Notes: a model not told the origin generated them from the letters alone. A stretch of 64,000 nt of DNA from Nemertoderma westbladi (GCA_032718475.1 JAUCBJ010005597.1:1-64000); one strand, 5' to 3'; positions 1-13,931 are shown, numbered from the stretch's first letter. Numbers and translations are program-made.

Positions 1-698
1 GCAGATGTTTCCCCATCTCTTTCAGATACCCCTTGATCTCCCCCCGGCATCCCCCCATGAACTCCAGACGTCGGTCCATCTTCCCCAGACTTCCCCCCAT
101 CTCTTCCTCCAGACGTGGCGGCATCACCGGCTGGATTAACCTCATTCAATCCATTTTCAGCCTTTATCGCAGTTGGACTCGGTTGGTTTGAGTTTGACAC
201 TTCCACCTTCTCATCTGAACCTCCTCCTGGCTGAGGGGGTGGTGGAGGTGGTGGGATGTCGTTGTCGACACCCGTGTTTGATTCTTCAATGCGGCCATTA
301 GATGACGCATCTATATCTTTAGCTTTTTCAACTTTAATACCCTTCTTTTCATTATATAAACGCTCAGATTCTAATTTAGCCAAGCGTATTTGCTCATTTT
401 TTATAAGTCTTTGTTTTTCTCTCATTCCGAAGCCCACAGTATCGCAAGCAAAGGCGTTGGCGATAACGTAAGTGAATGGACAGACGATGACTTCCGGTAT
501 AGATACGAATTCGCGGACCTCCATTCCTGGAGCATTGCTATTTTCTGAACCACTTTTAATGATGTCATATCGCTTTAGAATGCGTCGGACTTCTGCCTCA
601 GCAAAAACACTCGTCTGCAGTAAATAATCGAGTTCCTCTTTAGTTAACTGTGATTCATCGGTCGTCCCATTCTCTTCTATATCTCGTTCGTTATCCAT
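1..698 (-). CDS. Calcineurin-B/CHP/CIB-like EF-hand protein, 5' part; ORF runs off the left edge of the window
   Basis: Manual translation from ATG at 698, preceded by a CAG acceptor, is open to position 1: MDNERDIEENGTTDESQLTKEELDYLLQTSVFAEAEVRRILKRYDIIKSGSENSNAPGMEVREFVSIPEVIVCPFTYVIANAF... This matches the CNB/CHP/CIB N-lobe pattern (F..E.RL.KRF...EF.S.PEL..NP....I...F). It is followed by a charged, Pro/Gly-rich low-complexity tract. It is absent from the ORF track because no stop lies in the window. Confidence 0.6.
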   Translation of the reverse strand, partial: MDNERDIEENGTTDESQLTKEELDYLLQTSVFAEAEVRRILKRYDIIKSGSENSNAPGMEVREFVSIPEVIVCPFTYVIANAFACDTVGFGMREKQRLIKNEQIRLAKLESERLYNEKKGIKVEKAKDIDASSNGRIEESNTGVDNDIPPPPPPPQPGGGSDEKVEVSNSNQPSPTAIKAENGLNEVNPAGDAATSGGRDGGKSGEDGPTSGVHGGMPGGDQGVSERDGETS

Positions 699-1235
699 CC
701 TGATTTGTTACACATAAATTGATTTCAATTTATTATAATTGAGTGTTTCAGACCATTATGTATAAACTCAGATGTATAAACACAATAATAAATTAACTAA
801 TATAATACTTGTATAATATATAGTATTATATATTTATTGGCAACATGTCCGACCGCCTCAAGTTTTCTAATTATTGAATACCGTATAATTTTGGTGGTAA
901 TACATTTTATTAGAATTAATTAATTATGAACAATATTATTAATAAATACGTTTTAGATACCAATGATTAAAATATTATACATAAATTAGAGCGTCTCAAA
1001 CCTCCTAATTCATTATACAGTACTAATGTACAACACACTTTTTGATTTGTATTTTACTTATCCTAAAAATAAACAAATTTCATTTTCAAAATTTCAACAT
1101 TTAGTAGAACTTAGTTATTGTAAAGTTTGACATGCAAAGAACATTACAAAATTACTATTTGCTCTTATAGACTTCACTACTTTTTCGATAGTGTACAGTA
1201 GACATGGAGATGCTATTTACACTTCTCAAAAGTAA

Positions 1236-2995
1236 CTACTACTACTACTAGGATCGGCATGCTGCATTGCAGCTGCATTTTTAAGAATGCTGTGCCGGCT
1301 TATCGACAAAATTGCACCGCCACAACTCCCTATCACCCATGACATTTGCTAGATCATCCGCATCTTCAAGGCCAGTGTCCTTTAAGATGCGTCTAAAGAA
1401 AGTCATGGGCTGTCCACCATGCTTATTCACTCCATGAGGCTGCCAAAGTACAAGATTATGCACTGGCTGGTCCTCACGGCGAAAGCAATGTCCTGCAGAG
1501 CGGAGGCGATTTTGTTCTAGTGTCAAGCTTGGGGGAACCAATGAGACACCTCCATGTTATATAGTGTCTGGTTGGAGATGTGTGCATTGTACTTGACACA
1601 ATGAACCCGGCGTAGCATTCTTGTGAATGTGCCATCCAGAGATTTGGTGTCCTCAGCAGTTAGAGCCCAGCATGGACTCCCATAGAGGAGTACTGGAACT
1701 ACTGCTGCTCTAAATAATCGGACCTTAAGTTTCCGATTAATTCTCGGCGACTTCCAAATCCTGGAAAGCCTATTCAAGGCAGCCCATGCCTTTCCCTTAC
1801 GTATTCGAAGGTCCTCACCTGACTTCCGGATCCATGATCCCAGGTAACAGAAGTCATCCACATGCTCAAGCATACCATCTTTTGAGCTTATGCTCATCCG
1901 ATCAGAGACTTGCTGAGGACTTCAAAAGTTAACTGTCAAAATTTTGGTCTTTCTGGAGTTAATAAAAAGACCAACACTAGAAGCAGCATGTTCTAATGAG
2001 TTGAGGAGCCGTTGGGCTCCCTCTAGTGATTCTGAGAGTACTCCTAAGTCATCAGCAAAGTCTAGATCAGTTAGGTACTTGGCAGGATTTCCTCGACTTC
2101 TGGAGCCAGTAGGTGGAGTTATCCTCACCCCATCATCATTATGATGATCTAAGGACATGCGTAGAACATAGTCAACAACAATTATGAACAAGAATGGTGC
2201 AAGTGTGTCTCCCTGGAGGACGCCCCATAACACTTCAAATGGTTCTGTGTCACCGTCAACAGTAGACACAAATGTTGTCGAACCATCGTATACTGATCTG
2301 ATTGCTGCAATAATTTCATCAGGAATCCCATATACTGAAAGTATGCTGAACATACGTGAGCGAGAGACTGAATCAAAGGCCTTGAAGAAGTCAACAAAGA
2401 TAACAGCCAGATGCCTGTCTTTCTTTTTTGATAACTCTTCAATTATCCTTCTAAGTGCCAAAATGGGCTCCATGGTCCCACGACCTTTACGGAACCCATT
2501 CTGATTTCCACGGAGCAGTCTCTCAATGGGATCCCTGATGCGATTTAATAGAATTCTATTGTATAGCTTTGCAGCAATCGAGATCAATGAGATTCCCCGA
2601 AAAGAACCATAGTGTTAGGTTGCCCTTCTTGGGAACTGGCACCAACTTATTTGTTTTCATTTCTTGTGGGACTCTTGTTGTTCGGTACATGTCTACTATG
2701 ATGGGATAGATGAGCTTTAAACACTCAGGTATTTTAAAGACCTCAGGGGGAACACCATCTACTCCACTGGCACGATTGGTTTTAATGCTCTTTGCAGCAG
2801 CCTTCACTTCTGCAAAGGAGATATCACCAATGGGAATATCTGGGAGTACAGACTCAGACACTTTTACTTCTATAAAGTTATCAGGCAATACCCTGTCATT
2901 ATTGAGGAGCTTTTCAAAGTGGGCCTTCCAACCATTGAGGCGATCGGCTGGTGATTCAGCCTTAACCTTGGTGGTTGGTTGGCTTTTTCGACCAG
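1236..2995 (-). mobile_element. RTE-like non-LTR retrotransposon, 5'-truncated, frameshifted RT
   Basis: Consecutive minus-strand ORFs 2556-3230 (3' part only), 1922-2587, 1523-1897 and 1281-1541 carry RT motifs (QNGFRKGR, FVDFFKAFDSV, GVLQGDTLAP, FADD, FCYLGSW) and the RTE C-terminal LLYG..W / RLR..GH..R / W.P motifs. The 3' tail is (TAG)n at 1236-1249. Confidence 0.9.
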
Positions 2996-4171
2996 CAAGC
3001 AAGCAAGCAAGTTGATCAATCAATAAATTCCTCAAAGTACAATGAGATGCTTTGCGCTTGTCTAGATGAGCGTTCAAACACTTGAGAGAGGGGAATGCCA
3101 AACCCCGAATGTTACATCGAAGAGCATCAAAACGTTTCCTCACTTCAATGTTGGTTTGCACGTGGCCTACGTCATAGCAAGCCTTTAATTTTGCATTAAA
3201 GCTTAACAACAGGGAAGCTGATGTATCCATGGCAAAGACGATAGAGCGGCTTCTAGAACACCAAAATACTACAGCGCGTTTCTATAGAGAAGCAAAATTG
3301 TGAATTTTGTCATTCTGCGGAATCGGCTATAAAGTCTACTCGGTGAAAAGCTCACAAATGCGATCACCTTGATCTGGCCGATGCTCGCAAGTGTCATCTA
3401 AGCGATCTGAATTATTAGTATTAATTAATAACAAGAACCGCAGCGCACAGAACAAAATGCCCCTTATCAATGAGGCGGTAAATTATACCCAAACGATGCT
3501 GGTAATGTAACAAGGAGTAATTGTTGACCCAAACGATGCCGGTAATGTAACAATTGTTGACCCAGCATTGAAAATGAATTTTATAAATTAGGCAGCAGCT
3601 TATTTTTAGCCATACTCATGCGGTGTTGCGTGATGTTAGGCTTATTCAGTAAAACATTATAAACAAGTACCGGCATGTAAAGAGTTAATCTCGAGATTTG
3701 AAACTTTATTTAACTCTATTACTTTTAATAAAAAATAATGTTATAAAATTTATCAGGAATTATGTTTGTGTACAAAGTAGGCGGGCCTTAGTGAAGATTA
3801 CCATTATCAATTAGCTATTTGTGTTGAAAGCCAACTACTCAGTTGTCCACAACCCATCAAGCAGAACTAATTTGGCAAAACGATGCAATGAGAAATGTGC
3901 CAACAAGCACAATGATACATTATAGTCCGAACAACTGCAACTAGAGCAACCTGTCAATCAAACAAGCGCAATCCTTTGATTGAAGTACATTTGGGAACGA
4001 CTGTACTAATACTGCAGAAAGAACGCAACTAACGCACGACACAATCATAAACCTTTTACCTAACTATCGAAGAATCCTCCAATAACCTCTCAAAGTAAGA
4101 ATTTCCTACGACGTATAACGATGTACCAGACCACGAACTTAAACATACGATTGAACTGCTATAGAATTACG

Positions 4172-4410
4172 AGACGGGGAGGGGATACTGGACGCAAAAC
4201 CCGCCCTGGCGACTTAATATCCCGCCTCAATGTTAAATTCTCAATTTAGGGAAAGGAGCAGGTTACAGTGGCACGTTATATTAACCAAAACAATAAACTA
4301 TACACAATAGATCAGGTTACAGTTTTATTTTTGCTCATAAACAGCTGTTGTTTTCGTCGAATTTCCCCTGGAGAGGAATTAACTTTTATTGCATCCAGTT
4401 TCCCCCCCTA
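4172..4410 (+). mobile_element. Short dispersed MITE-like repeat, copy 1
   Basis: Imperfect TIRs (ggatactggacgcaa ... ttgcatccagtttccc). A near-identical inverted copy lies at about 44375-44615, with fragments near 45535 and 46385. Confidence 0.6.
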
Positions 4411-5010
4411 TCTGAGAATTATTGTACATATTATTATAGTATTTTTCTGCTGTATGGTTCTACAAATACTGCTAGCATATTTAAACAGTGGGAAACATAA
4501 CAAGACTTTCGGACTAGACAACAGACGGGATGTAGTATTACAATTAATACCTGCATGATATTTCTATCCCCCCGTATTGGTACTAACTAATTTACTTATC
4601 TGCGTCGCTCCTTGATCAGTTAGTTACGTTTTTATCAGTCAGGTAAAATCAGCTGCCATTCACTGGCATTTGGGAAGAATTGAACAAGACGAAGCTGATT
4701 AATTCTACACTGGGGCGTAATAAAGGTATGCATGATAATCTACCATTGGCGATAATAATAATATAAAAGAATAACCACGCGTTATTTCCTGACAAATGCA
4801 GAACCTATATGGGTAAGCTGAAAATGAGTTGAATGTGCAGGTAGTCGAGTCCGATAGTTTCAGAAGCCTAATTTCATTTCATTTCCGGTATTGCTCCATC
4901 AACAGATAAAGTAACTGTATAATTAGTACAAATCACTAAAATGAAGATCTATAATTTTTAACATCGAGATTTGTCGCAAATGTTACCTCGGATACTGTGG
5001 CCTTCATGCT

Positions 5011-5196
5011 ACATGCTTCTCATCTTGTCATTTATTTATAATTTTTGGAGGATATTGAATGCATAGTGCAATTTTATCGAATTTTGCGGTGTCTAGAACT
5101 AGCGTAGAATAGCTTTACAGTGTCGTTGACATGCTTCTCATCTTGTCATTTATTTATAATTTTTGGAGGATATTGAATGCATAGTGCAATTTTATC
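5011..5196. repeat. 68-bp direct duplication
   Basis: acatgcttctcatcttgtc...gcaattttatc occurs at 5011-5078 and 5129-5196. Confidence 0.85.
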
Positions 5197-6373
5197 CCCA
5201 TTGAAGTCGACTATTTATGTAGCTTACTGTTATAGACATACTCTGTATGTGATGATAACGTTGGCAAGTTTTCCTCCCATGCTGACATTTTAATAGACCT
5301 TGAGAATATTGGACAATCCCGAAAAAAACTTACTTGCATCATTACTGAATGAAATAAGTACAGCTAATATGCTGTAAACGTTAAGCCCACAACCGTTGAC
5401 AGACACCCGAAAAACTGTTTTTACAAACAAAAATGAAAATGGAACTTAGGCTCTTGACTCTCGTTTACTGTTTTGGTTAGAATAAACAGGTTGCGAATGA
5501 TACGAGTAAAACTGTGCTGATATAGTTCCCACATCTGGACCAATTTAGCAATACCTTACAAATTTAAATATGTAAATATTTGCTTTGCATCCAGCTGATA
5601 AATATTACAGCATATATAGAGTATTGACGGTTGACAAAAAGCGCCTCAATCTCAGCTGTGATCTGGGGTTTGTCTTCATATGGCCTTCATCATTAGAACT
5701 GTCTAACTTAAAGATCACTCGAAGATAAGTTTACTGTGAGAAGCAAAGGTCGGGAAATGTAACTATCTATAAATTCTTAAGGATTTACTAACTGACTAAC
5801 TTACTTACTAACTTACAACTAATTAACTAAGTACTAAATAGCAAAGAAGAGAGTACCGCAGTACCACACCACAGGCAGACAGGATATCATAAATAAAGCT
5901 ACTAGAAGATAGGTTGTCAGAGAAACGCCGAGAAAAACTACAATTCCAACTACCGGTAAGCGAATTAAATATACCAATCGATTCGGAAATGGCTAACTAT
6001 ACAACATGTGTCCGAAGTGGCTAGTGGATGCATTGTGAAGTACGACCACTTGGTCACTCACTACTTTGTGCCATTCGAAGAGCATTAATTATAATGAGCA
6101 CACTCTGGATAATATAAAAAGAGCATGAGAGAAATTTTCAAGTACTGAGCAGCTGAGTAGGGTTTGTCTGGACGTTGTGAAATTCTTGTGAGTGATCATG
6201 ATCCCTCATCCCATTTTTTGTGATTTAGAATAACTGACGAAGAAGTCCATTATATATATTCGAATCCGAATCCGAAGTACCGCATTGACGTCCTCCCCCA
6301 GTGATGATATTGGCAGTCGATATTACCTGTATCGGAAGTACAGTCAATGTCAGTGTTGACCAGACCGTGGGAT

Positions 6374-7385
6374 TCAATTCAATAAGGAACTTGAAAAGCG
6401 AGATCTAGAGCTTAACTTAAACAAAAGGTTATCTTGTGTACAACAAGGTCTTACGGGATTAAGCGGGATAATGGAAAGGTTGAGCCTGTTACAGTGGAAG
6501 AGTTTGTATCCGGTACCTTCATTAAGTACATCAGCAATACTACTACTAGCATCGGCATGCTGCATTGCAGCTGCATTTTTAATAATGCTGTGCCGGCTTA
6601 TCGACAAAATGGCACCGCCACAACTCCCTATCACCCATGACATTTGCTAGATCATCCGCATCTTCAAGGCCAGTGTCCTTTAAGATGCGTCTCAAGAAAG
6701 TCATGGGCTGTCCACCATGCTTATTCACTCCATGAGGCTGCCAAAGTACAAGATTATGCACTGGCTGGTGCTCACAACGAAAGCAATGTCCTGCAAAGCG
6801 GAGGCGATTTTGTTTTAGTGTCAAGCTTGGGGGAACCAATGAGACACCTCCAATGTTATATAGTGTCTGGTTGGAGATGTGTGCATTGTACTTGACACAA
6901 TGAACCCGGCGAAGCGCTCTTGTGAATGTGCCATCCAGAGATTTGGTGTCCTCAGCAGTTAGCGCCCAGCATGGACTCCCATAGAGGAGTACTGGAACTA
7001 CTGCTGCTCTAAATAATCGGACCTTAAGTTTCCGATTAATTCTCGTTGACTTCCAAATCCTTGAAAGCCTATTCAAGGCAATTCAGTAATGATGGGACAA
7101 TGATTCCAGATCCAGATTATAAAGATTGTCGAGATTGCGGAAGCTCTTGCTCATTTTTCATATGAGCACACAAAGAAAGCGATCGGTCATGCTGTTGGAT
7201 ATACAAGGTAGGATCATGCAGAAGGAATTCTGTATGATCCTGAGAAAGTACTGATCCTTACGCGATCCTCATATAGGAATGAGCTCAACTATTGTGCAGG
7301 AAATAGTTCCTTAGAAGGGATACAATCCTTCACAAAATCGCACATTTGTAGTATTGCAGGATCGCTCTTGGGTGTAAATATATAA
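6374..7385 (+). pseudogene. Alpha-kinase (eEF2K/MHCK-family) pseudogene interrupted by an RTE fragment
   Basis: Motifs appear in the correct order across frames: YNKV..G, VTVEEFVSGTFIKYISN|DG, EIAEALAHFSYEHT, MLLDIQG, LYDPE, YCAGNSSLEGIQSFTKSHIC...LLGV*. There are several frameshifts. Confidence 0.7.
6539..7082 (-). mobile_element. RTE-like LINE 3' fragment, same family as 1236-2995
   Basis: Nearly identical to about 1240-1781, with a (TAG)n tail. Flanked by a candidate TSD, tcagcaat (6531-6538) / tcagtaat (7083-7090). Confidence 0.9.
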
Positions 7386-8586
7386 TTCACCATTCCCCTG
7401 ATGAATAAACTCTAAATGACTATTAAGATTCGATGCTACAAAATAAACAGTTTCGTTATTTTATTTTCATTTATCTGGATAGATATTTTGTAAGTAAAGG
7501 TCTATTGTAAAGTGTTTCATTACTTTAATTTTCAATGGTTTTCAACAAATTAAATAGTAGTGACAAGGTTCGTTCATGAACATTGAACCTAAAATCTCAT
7601 GGTAAACACCTCGGTGTCAGCAATGGTCAGTTTTACTCGGATGGATGAAGGATATAATAATTATGAGGATATTTATAATAATTATTATACTGATGATGAT
7701 GACAGAGAACATTATATTGACCAATGTTATGGGGGGTGATGAAATAGTTGATAGCTATGATGACAATGCCTACCCTTTAACCGCTTTGGAGTATTGTAAG
7801 AATTCATCTCCTCAAGTTCATAGACAGATAATGCAGATTTCCAAGATTCACTTGATCGGGTTCATCAAGTTACTAATAACATTTTTGATGATGTGACAAT
7901 TCATGTGGAAATTAATAACATGAACGTTTGGGTCAAAATAGACTCGGAATATATCAGATAATATACTTATCTTCGGGAAACAACTGAAGCACACAATATT
8001 GCTTTAAAACAAGTGTTTGAAGATAAGGTCCATTACGCAGAGGTCGATTAGCTAAGTTTGAATACGGAACTAACTGATCAGGCTGGTGTGGTGATGACTA
8101 TAACCGCTAATGCACCAAAATATGTCGCGGAGATTTACGTCAACTTGGATTCAACCTTTGTTCAACCTCTCTCACTAGCGGTGACGGGAGTGGCTTGTAA
8201 ATGGCCTGTCGAGTCGATGCCCCAACTGTTTATCCTTTTCAGTACATGGTTCATTCACATTCTATCGGCGAAGTAATCTCGGGGTATATCGTCAGAAATG
8301 GTATTTTGAATGAAAATAGAAAGAAAAGCGCAAAATTACCTCAACGATTTTAACGCACCGCCATCCAAGGAATTTCCATTACATCCGTCGATTACTTACT
8401 TAGCAGGAAGGTGTACCTATTACAATAACAAGAATGAACGAGTAGTAACTGGTTGGGGAAAGAAGAATGAAATGTGTGACATCTTTATTTATATCTACTA
8501 TGAATATAATACAAGCAATAAAATCCCCAGCGATCTATGAAATTTACTTCGAATAAAGGACTCTGGGATAAAACCTTTGGAGTGGA

Positions 8587-8913
8587 CATTGAACAACCAT
8601 CTGGATGACCTAGCCGAAGTACTACATCATTGAACAACCATCTGGGTGACCTAGCCGAAGTACTACATCATTGAACAACCATCTGGGTGACCTAGCCGAA
8701 CTACTACATCATTGAACAACCATCTGGGTGACCTAGCCGAAGTACTACATCATTGAACAACCATCTGGGTGACCTAGCCGAAGTACTACATCATTGAACA
8801 ACCATCTGGGTGACCTAGCCGAAGTACTACATCATTGAACAACCATCTGGGTGACCTAGCCGAAGTACTACATCATTGAACAACCATCTGGGTGACCTAG
8901 CCGAAGTACTACT
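8587..8913. repeat. 41-bp minisatellite, about 8 copies
   Basis: Unit cattgaacaaccatctgggtgacctagccgaagtactacat, repeated head-to-tail with no spacers. Confidence 0.95.
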
Positions 8914-9244
8914 TCAGGAAGACGAAATTAATCTAAACTCCGCAGTTTTGGTATTGCTTTCTACAATGAGATGCCCAATAACTGTAACCTAACCTAAAAC
9001 AAATATGTAACCTATAATGTAACCTAATAAAACAAGGAAATCACAACTAAATATTAATTCGAAATGTTTTAATCAATTTATTTATCACTAAAAACAGTCA
9101 AATAACGACCCCGTTTCTGTTTTCTCCTACATAATATATAGCAATCTCTACAGTACTCCTAAAGCTCAAACAGATGATCTGGGATACTAACAGTATCCCA
9201 ATAGTATACACATTATTAACATTATATTACAATAACTGACAGCT

Positions 9245-9323
9245 TGATAGTATTACAGTGCATAGTGCTGCGTGAAGGCTGTTAAACAGCCTTGACGCAG
9301 CACTATGCACTGCAATACTATCA
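9245..9323. repeat. Near-perfect 79-bp palindrome
   Basis: tgatagtattacagtgcatagtgctgcgtgaaggctgtt-a-aacagccttgacgcagcactatgcactgcaatactatca, with two mismatches and essentially no loop. Confidence 0.85.
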
Positions 9324-12300
9324 CTAAGACAATTTGTTTAGAAAGCCAGTCACCCCTGTTGGAATAAATTACCTCGAGCTGAGGAATAATGGCGATAAGT
9401 GGGAAATATGAGAAATGAAACTGGCTCCCTTTAAATCTCTACAACATAATATGGGATGTCTAGATGAATGAATTCCCCTGGGACCCTGTGATGGAGATAG
9501 GGTGACTGAATGCTGGGGAACCTGGAGTGATGGGGCTGAAAATACAGGAAGCCAGCCAGTAAGACCATCTGTCATGCCAAACCTGTTGCATAGCACTGCA
9601 TTCTGACAATGATATCCATATAACTCCCTTCATGCCATAGGGATAAAATGTTCCACCGACCAGAAATGCAATGTATGCCTACCTAATGCGACCCACATAA
9701 AGAATATTGAAAAAACTGAATGTCTTGCATCCATTCACTTAAGGGTTTCGATTGAATGTCGCGCAAAGGACTATTTATAGTAAGCCTACTGAATTCTTCA
9801 TTCAAGATGCGGTATCTGCCAGCCATCGATTGATAGAGGAGATTTCATAGATAAAAATTTGACATCACCTTGGCACACCTTAACTACCTTATCGAAAAAG
9901 GCACGATTGAATTCTGGTGTAATAAATAACTGAATTTGAGAGAAATTCAATGATATGAAGGGGCATCACAAAAACATAATCGGAAGAAGGGCACTCGAGA
10001 TTTGTTAGCTGCGAGCTATCACATGGAAGATACAAAGTACATCATATCCCCTTAAAGAATTTAAAGCCACTGGTTGGCATATTGTATTGTGTAAGTAACC
10101 CGCAGATCCATCTAACTATATTGTGTAAGTAACCCGCAGATCCATCTAACTATAAAATTGATTAAATTTCTACAGGCACTGAATTTGTTTTCCATATTTT
10201 TGTGTTTCTCGCCACTACTATTAATCTCAATTGGCACCTTATTTTTTGAAAGAATGGTCCGCGATTACAGTTCCTATACCATGAATAATGATGCATAACA
10301 AAACAAACTTGACTTTTATTGTGCACGTCTTAAGAACCTGACCAGGTATAATATGGTGTTCATATCGCTGACAGTGTTTTTCGATTTCATGACAAATCTT
10401 CCAAAGAGACAACGATTCTACAGGGCCAAAGGTTCTACATCTACGCCTAAGCTTCAACAAAAAGTGTCAAATGTCCCAGAGTTGGGCCCAAGGTTCACAA
10501 ACCTACATTATAATGTAGGTTTGTCCGAAAAATACTAATATCAAGCAGTTTTGTGTAAAAAAAATGTCAGGTGGGCCTATGATTTTCGACCAAAAAGACC
10601 CACAACATTCAATTTTTGCCTCCGAGAAATCAAAATGTAAAGTTCCATTTGGGAAGACTTAACCCTCCACACCCCTAAATCAAAATGTTACAGCGGCGCA
10701 CCCAATGTTGACGTTGTACAGTACATATCGCATACACCGTCACCATAATATACCTTTTATTCCTGTTAATAATTTTAATTTTAACAATAATTATTCACAC
10801 AAATTGTGATAGGGAACACAACGCATTTGTCATTAATAGACAAGAAGAGTAATATGTTAGGTATGTATGTGTACGATATGCCTCATAAACTACAAAGGTA
10901 TTTAATAATTGAGCAAGTCGTATACTTACTTACCGTCCGTGACTTATTACACATATTATTGCAGTTAATTCAGTTTTAACCTTCCGCCTTGGATTTGGAT
11001 ATACAGCGCACATAAATTTAAGTAATTAAGTTGAACGTCCACTAATAATATATCAAACAGGTGCCGTCCCTACGCCATAGCAATCAGCACACCGCAACGC
11101 CTAATGAAACCATTTCAATGCAAGCATTAGCTGACGGAATCAGTCGCATCCTACTCAATCAAACTAATGGAATAAATAAAATCAAATAAAAATTTTATTT
11201 TAAATATGCACCGTTTAGAATGAGTGGTGGATAAGAATGCACGACACAACTAAGACAAACCAAATTGACATTTAGGATAAATTAAACATTTTCTTGACAT
11301 ACATTTTTGACAATTCCAGGAAATGCTCAACGCAGATGCCATATGAGTTAATTTCAGTAGGGTACCGATAGTGTCATGAAGAGGAATTATTTGTTACAGA
11401 GATCTCGAAATACGTCAATAAATCCGAATGATGTTGTCAATTAGCGATTTGACTTGTGGAGTAGGGACTATGCCGGAAACATTGAGTGCAAGCGCGCTGC
11501 TAATTATACTATTAATGGAGGTTAATCAACCTGAATATCGCATCTATTAATTTATCACGCCGGATCGATCTATTCCCAATATTGCATGTGATGGGTGCGC
11601 TATCAATAATATTTCTAAGAAGGAAATTTACCCGAAATGAAAGAAATTGTGTTAAAGTTTTTAAAGGCAAACCATAAGTAAGCTAATTAGAGTCCAAATT
11701 CAATATGTGTAAGTTCATCACCGCCCATCGATTTGACTGAACATAACTGACCTTGTATCAATCATATCATGATGGGACATTAGTGTTCGAAATAGACGAG
11801 GTGGGTGAACAAATTTTATAATAAAAATAAACCAGGAAACGTATTAGTGGCATAGTTTCAGATATACTGATTATTAACGGATTAATAAAATTATATAAGA
11901 AAACAAAACATATCAAAGTTAGAATCGATAATAATTATTAAAATTAATAGTTATCGACATTTCGGAAACGACCGGTCAAGGTAAAGTTACGAGATTCCAC
12001 CGGGCATTCATTACATTATATCATCACATTATATTGGGCCCTTACAGTTAGTTCGGTTGGGTTGGACTAGTTTTATGGTGATATTATGATAGGAAGATGA
12101 TAGGAACATGGATTATGATTAGCACAGACACTGTTATTAAAATATGCTGTGTGGTGAAGCAAGGAATATATGGAAATTTATTAAAAAAATTAAATATAAC
12201 AATAAATATAACTGATATATATTATTCCACTAGAACAGAAATAGGCATACTGCAGCAATGATAGAACAATTTCATCAATTAACTAATTAAATAATCATGA

Positions 12301-13931
12301 CAAAGGAGCAACACAACAATTATTATAGAATATGGAATACATACAATCAATGGGTGTGAAAGCTAAACAGGCAGCAGATAAATATCAACCACTGCTGACG
12401 ACATGTAATGTTAGGTGAGAAGAGCAGATTACAGTGACAGTTAATCTAATCAAAACAATAAACGGGAGTCAATAACGCAGGTTCCAGTATTATTGCATTC
12501 GGCATAGCGTTTACACCCAACTTTAAAGTAATAATAAGACCGAAAATTTACCTTGGTAAACTGCATCCACAGTAGGAGACTAAATTCTAGCAATTACGGT
12601 CGAATAGGCTAGGCTATAAGGCAATATTAGGGATCCATTCTATGGCTTTTAGTTAAAATAACACCCATAAAATGAAATATTGCTCCAAAGGTTTCATCGT
12701 TGGTTTGATAATTATCAGTTTAAACTTTTAGTGTGATAACTTTACACATACGGCTCGAAACTTTATTCCCCCGGGTGATAAACACGAAGCAACATTAATT
12801 GAGTCTGATGTTAGATATGCCACTCAGTACATTACAACAGTAGTTTCATTTCTGACAGTCGATTAGCATATGTCCGAGTAATACTAACAATGCTGAGCTG
12901 ATGATATCAGCATTGTTTATTGTCTTCACTTGTTTATTGTCTATAGACAATAAACAAGTGACAATCATCTCTTTCAAGAAACCGCTTTCACTTTCATTGT
13001 GTCAGAATTATTACTTCCAAGAATATTCTTAAGAAAAAATCGCACGTAATTATAAAATAAATTCAGTTTAATTGAGCTGAATTAAACTCCGAACTTTAAT
13101 TTAACAATACTGTCAAGATAGACCCCCTATTTTACCGTTCTAGTAACATATAATATCATCTGAAGTGTAAAATTGATCATCTATGCTCAAATAAATATTA
13201 CATCATAATATCTCGAAAAACTCAGCTTTGATATATGACTTAAACTTGACAATATGAGAAAAAATGTTGTTATTTAAACCTGAGCCAAAAAGTATTGTTA
13301 AAAGTGATTTTCGGGACCGTTCATAAATAACTTTACTAATAATTGGATTGGAAGGGGGGGGGGGGGGGGTTGTTTAACAAATTCACCAATAGTATTACAT
13401 AATTATGGGTGAGGTCGTGGAGGGGTATTACACATGTATCTTAACACACGATCACTAAAACATTATAATTAATTATTATAATTATAAAAAACACAATAAA
13501 CAATGTCGCAATTTTCACTATTGTCTGAGAAATCCATTTCAGGTTTTGGTGTAATAAAGTTATTGGTCAGAATCACCAAAGAGCTGCACAATTTAGGTTG
13601 AAAATGAGCACATCGAAAGAAAACTCATTAAATGGTTTTGGGGTTACAAAAATTAACTGAAAGAGACATGATGTCATTATCTATGAATGACCCATTAACT
13701 AAATACTTACTGTAATAATAACTAGATGATTAATAATTTTAGTTTGATAATCTGTGGAGAGATTATATCTTTACGGATAAATGGACCAGAGATTTCAAAC
13801 AATACAATCTTCTATCAAATTAGTCCGAAATTGCCGCATTTCTCAAGTTTGGTAAGTTAACGAAGTTTTTACGACACCAACATTGCGTTACTCTCATATC
13901 CGGATCCATTTCGACAAACTTCACACCAACG

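Noticed and set aside
1944-3015. Short plus-strand ORFs here, at 51376-53643 and at 55345-56394
   Set aside because: Antisense shadows of the LINE and SLC6 coding frames.
8587-8913. Hammerhead ribozyme in the 41-bp repeat (ctggatga...cgaag)
   Set aside because: The core is not CUGANGA/GAAA and no supporting stems form.
9370-9730. Possible very decayed RT fragment on the minus strand (YG..G..., W.PV.S, VPQ.S)
   Set aside because: Too degenerate to support without an alignment.
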